In this document: positions 44,253 through 56,207 of the stretch, one piece after another
How the letters are laid out: each line of letters starts with the position of its first letter
Position numbering within the stretch: position 1 is the stretch's first letter
Assembly (NCBI GenBank): GCA_038087875.1
Contig: CM075992.1
Location: 10,356,001-10,420,000 of the forward strand
Origin: Malacoraja senta
Taxonomy: Eukaryota
Length of the DNA: 64,000 nucleotides
Direction: 5' to 3'
Made by a program: the position numbers and the translations under genes
The notes under the pieces: generated by a model
What the model saw: only the letters and a program-made list of their open reading frames with translations
What the model was told of the DNA's origin: nothing
The model's database searches: none

Positions 44253-45283
44253 ATGTCTAAGTCAAAAAAGACCGGTAAGTCCAGACCACCGTCAGAAGAG
44301 GTAGGCCCAACTGAAGCATCGGGCTCAATTACAACGATGTCCCAGGAAGATGTATCAAAGAAACCAAAGCCAAAAAAAATCAGAATTGGAAGATCTTCGA
44401 ACTTTTCTCTCCCTAGAAATTAAAAATATACATGAGCAACTCAAAGAATTTAATGAAAAATTGAACCTTAAAGAGGAATTCAACTTTTAAAGAAGAATTT
44501 AATGAAGAAATGACCAACACTGTTCACGACATACTGGAAGCTTGGACGCTGACTATGGAAGACAGTTTCAATGATGAAATGGAAGAGGTAAATGTTAAAA
44601 TCAATTCGATGGAAACCAGCTATAATGATGTTGGACCCCATCAATCAGACATTGGAACAGCATAATACAGCAATAACCGAGCTAGAGAAATTTGCTGCGA
44701 CTAGTGCTGAAACTACAAAACGACTCCTCATCGAGAATCAACGCTTATCAGAAATGCTGAGTAAATTAAATGAAAATGCATTGATTTGGAGGGGCGCCAG
44801 AGACGCCAGAACTTAAGAATTGTAGGTGTCAAAGAAGGAAGAGAGAGGGGTCGTGACCCCCGGGAATTTGCGGCAGACTTATTACAAAAAGCCGTAAAGC
44901 TGGATCAAAAGCCTTTACTCGGTCGAGCACATAGAGCGCTGGGGCACCGTCCACGGGATGATGCCCACCCAAGACAATTGATAGTAAAGGTACAATACGA
45001 TCACGAACTGGATGACATGATGAAGAACATTGTCGGTAACAGAGAGCTCACTTTTGCAGGAGAGAGGATCAGCATCTGCCGAGACTATCCAGTGGAAGTC
45101 TTTAAGAAGAGAGCGCTGTTTACAGTAACACGAAGAATACTGAAGAACATACCAAATTTGAGATATGGCTTGATGTATCCCGCAACATTAAGAGTCACCT
45201 ACAATGAGACGGAGCAACACTTCACAGACCATGAACAAGCACTTGAATTCGCCAAGAAAATCGGGAAAGTGACCAGAGACTAA
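44253..45283 (+). pseudogene. L1 ORF1 (coiled-coil, RRM, CTD), frameshifted
   Basis: GRQRRQNLRIVGVKEG, RAHRAL, PRQLIVK, YGLMYPATLRVT motifs. Confidence 0.9.
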
Positions 45284-47306
45284 ACAATCCACATCATTCT
45301 ACAGGCGTCAACGAGCAGCGCGACCTCGTAGAGTACTTAAAGGAACTTTAAATTGTTATACTTAAGCCTGTCCGATAACTCTTACTTGTCCCAAAACAGT
45401 CTGGCCATAATTCTGAGCCTGAATCAAAAGACAATTCTAGCCACAATTCTGAACCTGCCTTGAAAAACAACTCTGCCCATATTTCCGAGCCTGTCTCGAA
45501 GGCAATCCTGGCTAAAATACTGAGCCTGCCTCAACACAATTCTAGCCCAATTCCAACCTGCTTGGAATGCGAGTAATGTCCAGTTTTACATGGTTAAATG
45601 CCTCTGAGTTGATGACAATGTCCTAATCATTTGTGTATTGTACAAACAAGTGTAAATCTTACCAACTTGTAGGTTTCCTTAGTTGTAGAGTATAACTGGT
45701 AGAGTGCGTAGGCCCTCTGGCCAACTTTCATGCCGCCTCCAGCTTCAGTGAACTGCTTACTACTCATGAAGTCGTGGGGTGCATTGTCCCCGGAACTATG
45801 AAGCCTTGCTCGTGGTTGGCCTTAATTGGCCCAACAGCTTGTGCTTCGTCCTCCAGGTTTTGCCTGTTGAATAGGTCTTACATGAATAGAAGCTTCGGCG
45901 GCTGGCTCTAACGTTCTCTGCTAGCGGTGTTCACTGCATTGTGTTGGGATGGCAACCTTGCTGCCAGGAATGGTACCTCTGACACGTGCCCTTTATGCCT
46001 TGGGGAATGCTCCACGGTTAAACCCTCAGACTCGGCGTCAGATTTACACTGACCCCGCATGTTCTCCTCCTCCATAAGGGAGACATTAAGCAGCCTTGTT
46101 ACAAGGCGCTGCTGGCGCGGCCTCTCCAATAGGCCCAACCTTCAGGGGCAGATCAAAACTGCCCCGGTAAGCTCACCTCCTCCATTGAGGGAGACATTAT
46201 GCAGCCCTTCTACAGGTGATGTTGCCATACATTAAGCAGCCCTATTACAAGGCGCTGCTGGCGCGGCCTCTCTGAATAGGCTGGCACTGCCATAGATACG
46301 GCATCCCCATTAAGCAGCCCTGTTACAAGGCGCTGCTGGCGCGAGCTCTCCCGCATGCCCAACACTGCGGCAGACTCTCCCATATGCCCAACACTGCCGC
46401 AGACTCGGTATCGCCATAAAGCAGCCCTGTCCAAGGCGCTGCTGGCGCTGACCCAACTCCTGCTGTTGGAGTGTATCTAGATGGAGCCTCTTCTCCATTA
46501 GGGCTCCCTCCTGGCCAACCTGCAATTTTATTCTTATTACCGGCCCTGGGCTGACCATTTTGGTCGGTTTACCCCATACCTTGGAGATCACTGCGGTCTG
46601 GGCACCGCATTGCTGCTGCATTTTCCCCCGGGAATCCCAGTGTCTATCTGCATACCGGAGGAAAAACCTACCGCCACCAGGGCTGACCGTTCCGGTCCGT
46701 TTAACCCCTATCCTGGGGACCCCTGCGGTCTGGGAGCCGCATTACTGCTGGATTTCCCCTCCACGGGAACCCCAGCGTCTTTAAACATATCGGAGGGAAA
46801 ACCCTCCCGACACCCGGTCTTCTGGCTGTCCCCTCCCCGGGAACCCCAGCATCTTTATTCATATTGGAGAGAAACCCTCCAGGCACCCGGTCTGCTCGAC
46901 GTCCCCAGCCGTGAACCCCAGCATCTATCTGCCAAATGAGGGAAACCCTCTTGGCACCCGGAGCGCCGGGAAGTCACTGACCACCTTGTCAGTGACTGAA
47001 TTCACGAAAGCCGACATTTCACAGTTGCCCGCTTCAGCGGTCGGAACCGGGGTTTCCTCACAGCCCATAGCTGGTTCCCTCGTCGGCCCTCACGAAGCAT
47101 CCGGCAGGAAAACCCCTGCAACAAGAGGTTCCTGCAAGGAAACAAAACAGGTAAGAAATACAACCTTACATGAAGTTTAAACTTACCGCGCTGGAGGAGC
47201 TCTGCTGGTCCAACCGGCCGCCTGCACCAATGCGTCTGACGTAATGACGCACGTGCGGCTGTACGGGATTCTTCACGTAATCACTCACGTGACTCCGAAG
47301 TAAAAT

Positions 47307-48232
47307 CCTTATTCTTTGCTCACACATTATCCTGATCTCCAGGTTTAAATCGGTGCGTATTTCCTTCTCTCAGAGGGACCTGTCGAGCTTACCTTTCTCA
47401 TACACAACTATTTCACACATGGCTTGAGCATATATTAAGGATTTTTCATCATTACTGATTAGAGCTACCTTCTTTCTCAGGGCATGCATCACTATGGCAT
47501 GGCGTCTGGCCACAACAAATTATTCAGTTGGCATACTTTGCCTTAAGTAGCTTTTATCTCTCCATTTACTCTTTCTACAATCCCTGCATGCTGTGTTTGA
47601 TTTAGAGCCTTCGTAAAGTTCTGAACTAATTTACTGGAGAAATTAGTACCTCTGTTACTGATTATTCCCATTCGTATCCCTAATATAGGTATGATTTACT
47701 TTATTAAAATATTGACTACCGTCCTTGCATCATTCCTCCTTGTGAGGTGTGCTTCCACCCATCCAGAGAACATATCAACTTTGACCAGAATGTACTAAAA
47801 ATCCTTTGCTGCTGACATATGTACAAAATCAATTTGCAAATTCTCAAAAGGCATTTCAGGTCGTGGAAGGTGATCACATTTTGCAGGCGTCTTCCCTCTA
47901 TCATTTTGTTAACACACCAGACATGTTATTTCAACGTTACCAATTACTGTATGACTGATATACCTGGTGCATATCATTGTTGGGACCATGCGTGTGCCAT
48001 GCCTTTTCCATGTGGGCATCTCCATGAGTTTGGCTCTTGAGGCAAACTACCCGATCATCACGGTGGACCCAAACATTGCAGTCTTGATTACATCCTGCTT
48101 TGCTCCAGGAATTATTTTCCTTAAGTGATACTAGGCTCTGGGCATCATGTAACTGGGTTACATCAATGCTACTCGGGGGCTTTCTTCGTGTTGCAGACTT
48201 AATTTTAAGAGCTTGTAATTGCGGGGTTGACC
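47307..48232 (-). pseudogene. ERV integrase core remnant (class I, gamma/epsilon-like)
   Basis: Minus strand VDMFSGWVEA and SNRGTNF motifs; many stops. Confidence 0.78.
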
Positions 48233-50831
48233 CCCCCCCCCGTATTTTACTTCGGAGTCACGGGAGTGTTCCATCAGCGGCCAAACCTGAAGTACGTTTT
48301 TAAACTTTTTTCCAGGTTATGTTTTGCAGGAATCGCTGTAAGCCTTACAAAGGTCCTGCTAAATTTCGTGGCGAAGTCCGGATGGGCCGCTGAAGAACCT
48401 TTATGGACCGCGGGGAACGCCAGTCACGGACCGCAGGGAATCCCGGTCACGACCTCGGGGTATCCCGCCCACGGACGGCGGAACCCGCTGCGGAGACCAC
48501 GGAATGCAGGTAGCGGGCGGCGGACGAATTCGCCTTTTCGAGTCGCTGGCGGTGGAGCCAGCGGCTTCAGAATGGTGCCGGTAGCACCCAGGTAACCCGC
48601 TTGAGGGGAAGCCACTATTTCACTCTACAGATGCCGGCTACGGACCACGGGAGATGGTGGCTGTCGGGGTCGCACGGTCAGCGACTTCGACTTGGGCAGC
48701 CCAAAGGGGGCAACCAAACAGAGTCGGAGAGGTCCGGGCTGGACGAGAAAGGAGGTACCGGCCCGGAGGGTCTCCCTCCGACATTCTAGGGGACGTCTTA
48801 CCCAGCCTGATATGGTCCACTAAAACAGGACCATGTCAGCACAGGTCCACTGGGTCTTACGGCAGCACCTGTGACAGGGGTGCGCACAGATCTCCCTCTC
48901 GATGAAGGGGAGTGCGTGGGTCCGTGTGTGACTGACCCCAACCCGGGAGGAATGTCCATGGCACATGCTGCCATTCATGAGCTTTGGCTAAACACCCCTA
49001 CGCCCCATGGCAGTTATATTGTATTCTTTCAAATATATGGCTATACAGAGTGAGCACCATTATGCTACTTCAGCGGTTGTTCCTGGTATCATGCATGCCA
49101 GTGGAATGAGACCTGCCATCGCGAGCTAGGTCCCTGGCCTGGAAAGCCCTGTTCCAATAAGCCACCTGTGCGAGCTACACATGGTGGTGTCATGGTAAAT
49201 CCACTCAAATAAAGGGGCTGTGGAAGATTTTTCCTCTCGACGCCGAGTTTATTCATATAAAATAATCAAATCTTTGATTTAACTGGGATGGGCGTCTCCG
49301 TTCATACAAAGACAAATAACTGGCAGGGTTTTCCATCATTTCTCCCACTATGTCTAGCCTACGGGGGCCAGAGGAGCTCCAGTCCTTCCCAGCAGACTGC
49401 ATTCGTTCGGAAAGGAGCAGGACTCAGAGTCACTAGCGCGTGCAGCCTGTTTGGTAAAGAAGATAACGACAGAGCATCCATTTGCACAACTAGTGCTGGC
49501 GGCTGCTGAAGGAAGCAACCTGACAAACCCCAACTCGGAGTGAGTGCCAAGTTTGGTCATCAATGTCAGACAAGATTGCGACTCGTCGCAGTCAAGAACG
49601 CTCCATCCTAAGGCATGTCAGGCAGCAGCTCCTGGTTCAGGGTTGCAAATCCTCCCACTCAAATGAGCGGAGTGGTAGAGGGTGCTACAGAAGTGCACAA
49701 GTGCCTGAAGCGACACCTATTTCAGGGTTGCAATTCCTCCCACTCGATCGACCGTAGTGATGGACATGGTGCTAAAATGCATGCACACATGCCAGAGGCA
49801 GCTCCTGGCTCAGGTTGCATAAATCCTCCCATTCGGATGTATGAAGGATGAAGCTGGTTGAGGCAGCTCCTGGGTCAGGTTGAATAAATCCTCCCATTCG
49901 GATGTATGAAGAATGAAGCTGGTGGAGGCAGCTCCTGGGTCAGGCTGCATAAGTCCTCCTATTCGGAGATATGAAGGATGAAGATGGAACCATATATATG
50001 ACACTACCTGTCACGGATACAAGTTGGTAATATTTACACTTGTTTTTTGTACAGATGAATAACATGAGATTAGTTTATACTGCACGGCATACAAGCACCA
50101 GATTTCTCGAAAATATGGCTGGAGTGCCTTTCAATGCAGGCTCGCAATTGTGGCAGATGTGGCCTGTTCATTGTTAACAGGTTCAACCCGCATGTGCAGT
50201 ATATACATTTCTGAATAGGGAACTTCGTGACTGTTTAACTTCCATGGGATCAGTTTCCATTCACAGGGCACCGGAGGTATTTGAAATTTAGCTGGATGGG
50301 GCAATGATACAGTCAGAATCGTTGCAAAATCGGCTAATTTCAGCTCCCAGCTTATTTACCAAATTACTACAACCAGTGCTTCGGCTATTCAGAGCTAAAA
50401 CAAATTGTTATGGCCCAACAGGATGATATTCTAAACACGGTATGTTGCTAAATTAGCTGTATCAGCCACAAGACTATACTTGAGAAATTTGGTTTCTCAT
50501 CCATCCAGTAAAATTTAAGTTACATTTACGTTGATATCAACTGTAATTATTGATTATTGCGATTTACAATTAACTCTATTAATTTGTCTGGGACTCCGCC
50601 CTGAGGCAAGAGATTGGAATTAATTCTCAAGTATCATTGCTACCAGACCTTTGCTATTCCCAGCTGAAACTATCAAAGTCACCATGGTGGACGAACAGTA
50701 TTCAGCAATACGCCATTAACTTTTCATCAATAAATCTTCAGTTAATTACAAACTGATGCTATTCCTCAAAGATGTACAATTACTAATACCAAGGCGGAAG
50801 GGATCGGCATGAGTTACCAATTGTTCAGTTA

Positions 50832-52447
50832 CAGTGGCTTGCAAAAGTATTCATACCCCTTGAACTTTTCCACATTTTGTCACGTTACAACCACAAACGT
50901 AAATGTATTTTATTGGGATTTTATGTGATAGACCAACACAAAGTGGCGCATAATTGTGAAGTGGAAGGAAAATGATACATGGTTTTCAAATTTGTTTACA
51001 AATAAAAAACTGAAAAGTGTCGCGTGCAAAAGTATTCAGCCCCTTTTACTCTGATACCCCTAAATAAAATCCAGTGCAACCAATTGCCTTCAGAAGTCAC
51101 CTAATTAGTAAATAGAGTCCACTTGTGTGTAATCTAATCTCAGTATCAATACAGCTGTTCTGTGAAGGCCTCAGAGGTTTGTTAGAGAACATTAGTGAAC
51201 AAACAGCATCATGAAGCCCAAGGAACACACCAGACAGGTCAGGGATAAAGTTGTGGAGAAGTCTAAACCAGGGTTATGTTATAAACAAATATCCCAAGCT
51301 TTGAACATCTCACGGAGCACTGTTCAATCCATCATCCGAAAATGGAAAGAGTATGGCACAACTGCAAACCAACCAAGACATGGCCATCCACCTAAACTGA
51401 CAGGCCGGGCAAGGAGAGCATTGATCAGAGAAGCAGCCAAGAGGCCCATGGTAACTCTGGAGGAGCTGCAGAGATCCACAGCTCAGGTGGGAGAATCTGT
51501 CCACAGGACAACTATTAGTCGTGCACTCCACAAATCGCGCCTTTATGGAAGAGTGGCAAGAAGAAAGCCATTGTTGAAAAAAAGCCATAAGAAGTCCCGT
51601 TTGCAGTTTGCCACAAGCCATGTGGGGGACACAGCAAACATGTGGAGGGAGGTGCTCTGGTCAGATGAGACCAAAATTGAAGTTTTTGTCCTAAATGCAA
51701 AACGCTATGTGTGGCGGAAACCTAACACTGCACATCACCCTGAACACACCATCCCCACTGTGAAACATGGTGGTGGCAGCATCATGCTGTGGGGATGCTT
51801 TTCTTCAGCAGGGACAGGGAAGCTGGTCAGAGTTGATGGGAAGATGGATGGAGCCAAATACAGGGCAATCTTGGAAGAAAACCTGTTAGAGTCTGCAAAA
51901 GACTTGAGACTAGGGCGGAGGTTCACCTTCCAGCAGGACAACGACCCTAAACATACAGCCAGAGCTACAATGGAATGGTTTAGATCAAAGCATATTCATG
52001 TATTAGAATGGCCCAGTCAAAGTCCAGACCTAAATCCAATTGAGAATCTCTGGCAAGACTTGAAAATTGCTGTTCACAGACGCTCTTCATCCAATCTGAC
52101 TGAGCTTGAGCTATTTTGCAAAGAGGAATGGGCAAAAATTTCAGTCTCTAGTTGTACAAAGCTGGTAGAGACATACCCCAAAAGACTTGCAGCTATAATT
52201 GCAGCGAAAGGTAGTTCTACAAAGTATTGACTTAGGGGGGCTGAATACTTTTGCACGTGACACTTTTCAGTTTTTATTTGTAAAAAAATTTGAAAACCAT
52301 GTATCATTTTCCTTCCACTTCACAATTATGCGCCACTTTGTGTTGGTCTATCACATAAAATCCCAATAAAATACATTTACGTTTGTGGTTGCAGCGTGAC
52401 AAAATGTGGAAAAGTTCAAGGGGTATGAATGCTTTTGCAAGCCACTG
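50832..52447 (+). mobile_element. Complete Passport/PPTN-like Tc1 transposon (1616 bp, IR/DR type)
   Basis: TA duplication at 50830-50831 and 52448-52449; ~210-bp near-identical TIRs, each with two TGCAAAAGTATTCA direct repeats. Confidence 0.97.
51211..52230 (+). CDS. Tc1 DD34E transposase, 339 aa, open
   Basis: Paired-like HTH region, RVARRKPLL, WSDETK, FQQDNDPKH, SPDLNPIENLW; 34 residues between the second D and E. Confidence 0.97.
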   Translation: MKPKEHTRQVRDKVVEKSKPGLCYKQISQALNISRSTVQSIIRKWKEYGTTANQPRHGHPPKLTGRARRALIREAAKRPMVTLEELQRSTAQVGESVHRTTISRALHKSRLYGRVARRKPLLKKSHKKSRLQFATSHVGDTANMWREVLWSDETKIEVFVLNAKRYVWRKPNTAHHPEHTIPTVKHGGGSIMLWGCFSSAGTGKLVRVDGKMDGAKYRAILEENLLESAKDLRLGRRFTFQQDNDPKHTARATMEWFRSKHIHVLEWPSQSPDLNPIENLWQDLKIAVHRRSSSNLTELELFCKEEWAKISVSSCTKLVETYPKRLAAIIAAKGSSTKY

Positions 52448-54504
52448 TATATGGTATCAACTACCTATAGACACCAGGTGCATTCTGTGGATTGAAGGAT
52501 TGTATGAATATGCATAATCTGCATGCTAAAGTCCAAGTCCATTCACTTTGGTGGTGGTATATCTTAATCACATGCGCATAATCAAGTCAAAGTATCCGGT
52601 GATAGTTTTACCTAACCTCATTTAGCACTGGTATATCATCAATTTTCAACACAGAATTGATGTTGGATCACAATGTATTTAATTACATTGTGGCTCGAGG
52701 GATCGCTGAAGATCGAAATGTTTGCATCCAGGCTCAATTACCAGTTGCAAAATATGTGGCATATCAATGGCGATGGATGCATTCTCGCTACACTGGGGAG
52801 GAATGTTCTTTTATGTCGTCCTCCATTTTGCTTCATCAGACGGGTCTTGCAAAAATTCAGCAAGTTCCAGCTTCAGGCATTTTCGTAGTGCCTGCCTTGT
52901 TTATACAGCCATGGTTCCCGCTGATGTGGGGAATGATAATAGAACCATATGGTTATTTCTGGACACAAAGTTTGCTGGTTTAGCCGTGACTCGGGAAACC
53001 ATCCTCTGCATAATATAATCAATTCTTTGAGTTGCAGACTCTGAAAAGACCGTTCCTGCGGCTCGTGTTGTTAAACCAAACCTTGGTCGTGCTCACTGCA
53101 GATTGCAGGGATAGCACCAAACAGCAGTATTTACTCATAAGGAGATGGGAGGTATTTGTGTTATGCTTATATTACATTTAATTCGGCACGGATGACTGAC
53201 GTCTTGAAGGTCAGTTTATATGGGGTTGGCAATCATTAAGTTCAAGTGCTATTGACTGTGCCTAAAGTGCCTTCTCGTCATGTTGGCTGCGGGGATCAGA
53301 ATGCACTCTTTCGGATCTCACCCTCTCAGATTTAGTTTATGAAGGGTATCTTCAACTCAAAACCTCATAGGCCTAGGTAGGCAGAGATATGGGATGTTAA
53401 CTTTGTGCTACGTCGCTTCGCTGGTGGGCTCCAGCTACATCCCTGTCCTTGGTCAAACTCACTTACAAGTGGTTATGCTCATGGCGCTGAGTTCAGCGCA
53501 ACGGGTCAAGTCATGGCATTAGCAGGGACTGGACAGGATGATTATATCTGCGGGCTAAATAACATTTTATGTTTATGACTTAGTCAAGCAGAGTAGACCA
53601 GGGGCATCAGGTCTCAAACTAGATTGTTTGCATATCTCATGGACCTTCGGTTGTGCGTGGCACACATCTACACCAGATTTTAAAGGTCACTAACAGCCTT
53701 AGAGACACTGTACTAGAAATGTTGTCAGTTACATAAAGCCTCGTAAGAATGTATCACTACAGACCATCTCCAGGATGTTAAAACGGGTCTGGCTTATACA
53801 GGAGTGAACACTGACATTTTCAAGTCTCACTATATCAGGGCTGAAACAACCTCAGCAGCAGGGTTATGGACGTTAGATGGACCACATCCTAGCGGCTGCA
53901 GGGTGGTCAACTAAACGATTTTTCCAAACGTTTAGAACTAACCCATTACCAGATTGGGGGTATTTGCCAACTCTATGTTAGGTTCTGTTTCATAGTTTCC
54001 TCCGGGTTGAGGGAGGTCACTATTATCATTACTTGTTCATTAAAAGCATCAACATGTCTATATCTATATCATGTCTGAATGCATTATTCATGTTCACTCA
54101 TCATTGGTCAACTGATGCAGTGTGTGACGCATGGACTAGTTTCCACGGCATGAAATCACAGAGCTTTAAAATCTTCACGTAGCCACTCCCGTGACTCCGA
54201 AGTAAAATAGTAAGATTAAACGAGAACTTACCAGTTTGAAGTTTGATCTTTATTTTATGAGGAGTTACATTGAGGGATTACGTGCCCTCCACGCCGAACC
54301 CTCTATCATAAAGGTCAGCTGGTACTCTAGTTCTCTTATCATACTATGTTTAGTTCGGCTTCTGTTATCTGTGATTTCACACCGCTGCTTTGAATATTGA
54401 CGAGCATGCGTGCTGGTCGGGTCTTCACGCAATCCCTCAACGTAACTCCTCATAAAATAAAGATCAAACTTCAAACTGGTAAATTCTCGTTTAATCTTAC
54501 TATT

Positions 54505-55090
54505 ATTAGATATTTGCACCTTTACCCTTTGCAAATATGCAGGCACGAGTCAGGACATACTGCCCAGCTTCCTGAGCAGAAGTTCCGGTTGATAAAGCAT
54601 ATGCCTCCAGCACTTGCTGTGGTGTGACTACTGAATGTCCTGCTAATAATCTGTCATCGCTAGGTCGGTGTAAATAGCCATCAGTAAATAGTACCAGGTC
54701 ACGATTATCAATCGGATGATTCTGTAAATCCAGCCGGCGATGGCAGCGGATTCCAAAAGGAATAGACAATCATTGTCACAGTCTTCTTCTGCCTTCCTGC
54801 AACTGGAATCCCAGATACTGTACAGTAGGCTGGCAGAACTCTAATTTTCCCAGGGATACTTTACGACCTCTTGCTGCCAAATGTTGCAGCAAATTAATTG
54901 ATTCTTCTACATAATCAGGACCTGTCACAGACGCTAACAAAAGGATCAAAGTAGATCTCTCTGATAATTGATATTCTTCCAGATTATTTTTAAGCTGCTG
55001 CTGCATATACGGCCGGGCTTTCAGCGGTAGCCTAGTCCAGGTATATTGTTCATCTTTGTAGGCAAAAGCAACCAGGACCTGGCTGTTTTA
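54505..55090 (-). pseudogene. ERV reverse transcriptase / RNase H remnant
   Basis: LLQHLAARGRKVS..KLEFCQPTVQYLG; LFTDG; TSAQEA..LTRACI. Confidence 0.85.
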
Positions 55091-55094
55091 TTGC

Positions 55095-55392
55095 CGATGT
55101 TTGGAAGTCTCGTCAGCAGCTGTCCGTCCTTTCTTCCTTTTCAGTTAATTTTAGTCTGTCTAAATGTATAATTTTAGAGGTCTTTTAGTCTTTTTTTATG
55201 TGGGGGGGGGGTGGGAGAGGGAAAAGGGGAAACTTTTTCACTGTCACTAACTGATAGAGGATGCTTCTTTCCTCCGAGCTGCATCTACGCCCCCCCCCCC
55301 CTCGTGGCCTACCAATCTGGATTGGCGCGGCCTCTCCAATCGTCCCGGCGAGAGGGCCTGAAACATCGGGCCATCCGTATCGGCGACTGTCT
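55095..55392 (+). mobile_element. 5' module of the non-autonomous retroelement family seen at 2582-3730
   Basis: GTCAGCAGCTGT, T-rich tract, G-run, CCTCGTGGCCTA...GCGGCCT layout. Confidence 0.55.
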
Positions 55393-55394
55393 AT

Positions 55395-55845
55395 ATTACA
55401 ATAATTTTAATTTATCATTATTATCTTTTACGATTCTTGTGTTTCCTTCTCATCGAAAGTTCCGTCTGCGTGATGCAGTTTACATCTGGTAGTATGTACC
55501 CAATCGGGTTTTTCTTTTACTTTTGCTGCTGTTCGTGTTGTTAGTCGCACCAAATATGGTCCTTTCCATCTAGGAGAGAAATAATCATTATCCATTTCTC
55601 ACACATACACCTGATCTCCTGGTTTAAATGGGTGCAAATTTCCTTCTCTCGGAGGGACCTATACTGCTTAACTTCCTCATAAATGTAACAACTATTTCAC
55701 ACATGGCTAATTAGAGTTCCCTTATTTCTCAGGGCATATATCACAATCGGCATGGCGACTTGCCAAAATGACATATATTTTGCTGGCATACTTTGCCAAA
55801 ATGTGCTTTTGTCTCTCCATTTTCTCTTTCTACCACCTCTGAGGA
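55395..55845 (-). pseudogene. Second ERV integrase fragment, paralogous to 36040-36228 plus 47307-47575, without the DIRS insert
   Basis: Direct similarity across GGTCCTTTCCATCTAG...CCTGATCTCC. Confidence 0.85.
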
Positions 55846-56207
55846 CTGTTGTACCGTGAAATGGGTGTGCTATGTATAAACAATGCTGTAATTTATACAT
55901 GGTGAAACCAATATGTATAAAAATGGCCTATATTAAAATTTGACAACGTGCACTGTAAACACATGAATTTTTCTATTCATTTCTCAAATTGTGGAGTACA
56001 GAGGCAAACAAATAAATGGTTCCCAACCATTATGGAGGGCACTGTATGTCGTTTACATTGGTCATGAAGAGAAGGATAATCTCGGGCTGGAGTACGAGAA
56101 ATATCATATGGGTGTGTTGAAACAGGCATTAATGGCGTCTGGCTGTACGGATGTAGTCTGTATGTAAATAAACCAGGCGGTTAAGATGTGAACCATTATT
56201 GCAGTTT

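Larger units (their letters stand above)
39054..45364 (-). mobile_element. Near full-length L1 with inverted 5' segment (5'UTR and ORF1 on +, ORF2 on -)
   Basis: TSD AGCCTGTCCGATAA(T/C)TCTT at 39035-39053 and 45365-45383; T-rich tail at 39052; inversion junction near 44096. Confidence 0.9.
36229..47306 (-). mobile_element. DIRS1-type tyrosine-recombinase retrotransposon (DIRS-A), decayed ORFs, intact termini
   Basis: Internal complementary region at about 36448-36560 pairs with both ends (36229-36306; 47271-47306); short ITR; YR motif SHSTRAA..DHIL..WS..FY (36735-37004). Confidence 0.9.
48244..54504 (+). mobile_element. DIRS1-type retrotransposon (DIRS-B), decayed RT/methyltransferase-like/YR, intact ICR
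   Basis: 5' ATTTTACTTCGGAGTCACGGGAGTG; ICR 54173-54284; 3' end ...TTAATCTTACTATT; APSLFTKLL (RT), MFASRLNYQL, ALSSAQRV and FKSHYIRA (YR). Confidence 0.9.
33685..56044 (+). mobile_element. Old Tc1 transposon split by about 21 kb of nested insertions (left part 33685-34963, right TIR about 55849-56044)
   Basis: Termini CAGTGCCCTCCATAATG / CATTATGGAGGGCACTG-TA; ~200-bp arms are reverse complements of each other. Confidence 0.88.

Noticed and set aside
36229..54504. One giant TIR transposon bounded by the ~300-bp inverted ends
   Set aside because: Better explained as two oppositely oriented DIRS elements, each with its own 5' end, ICR and recombinase remnant.
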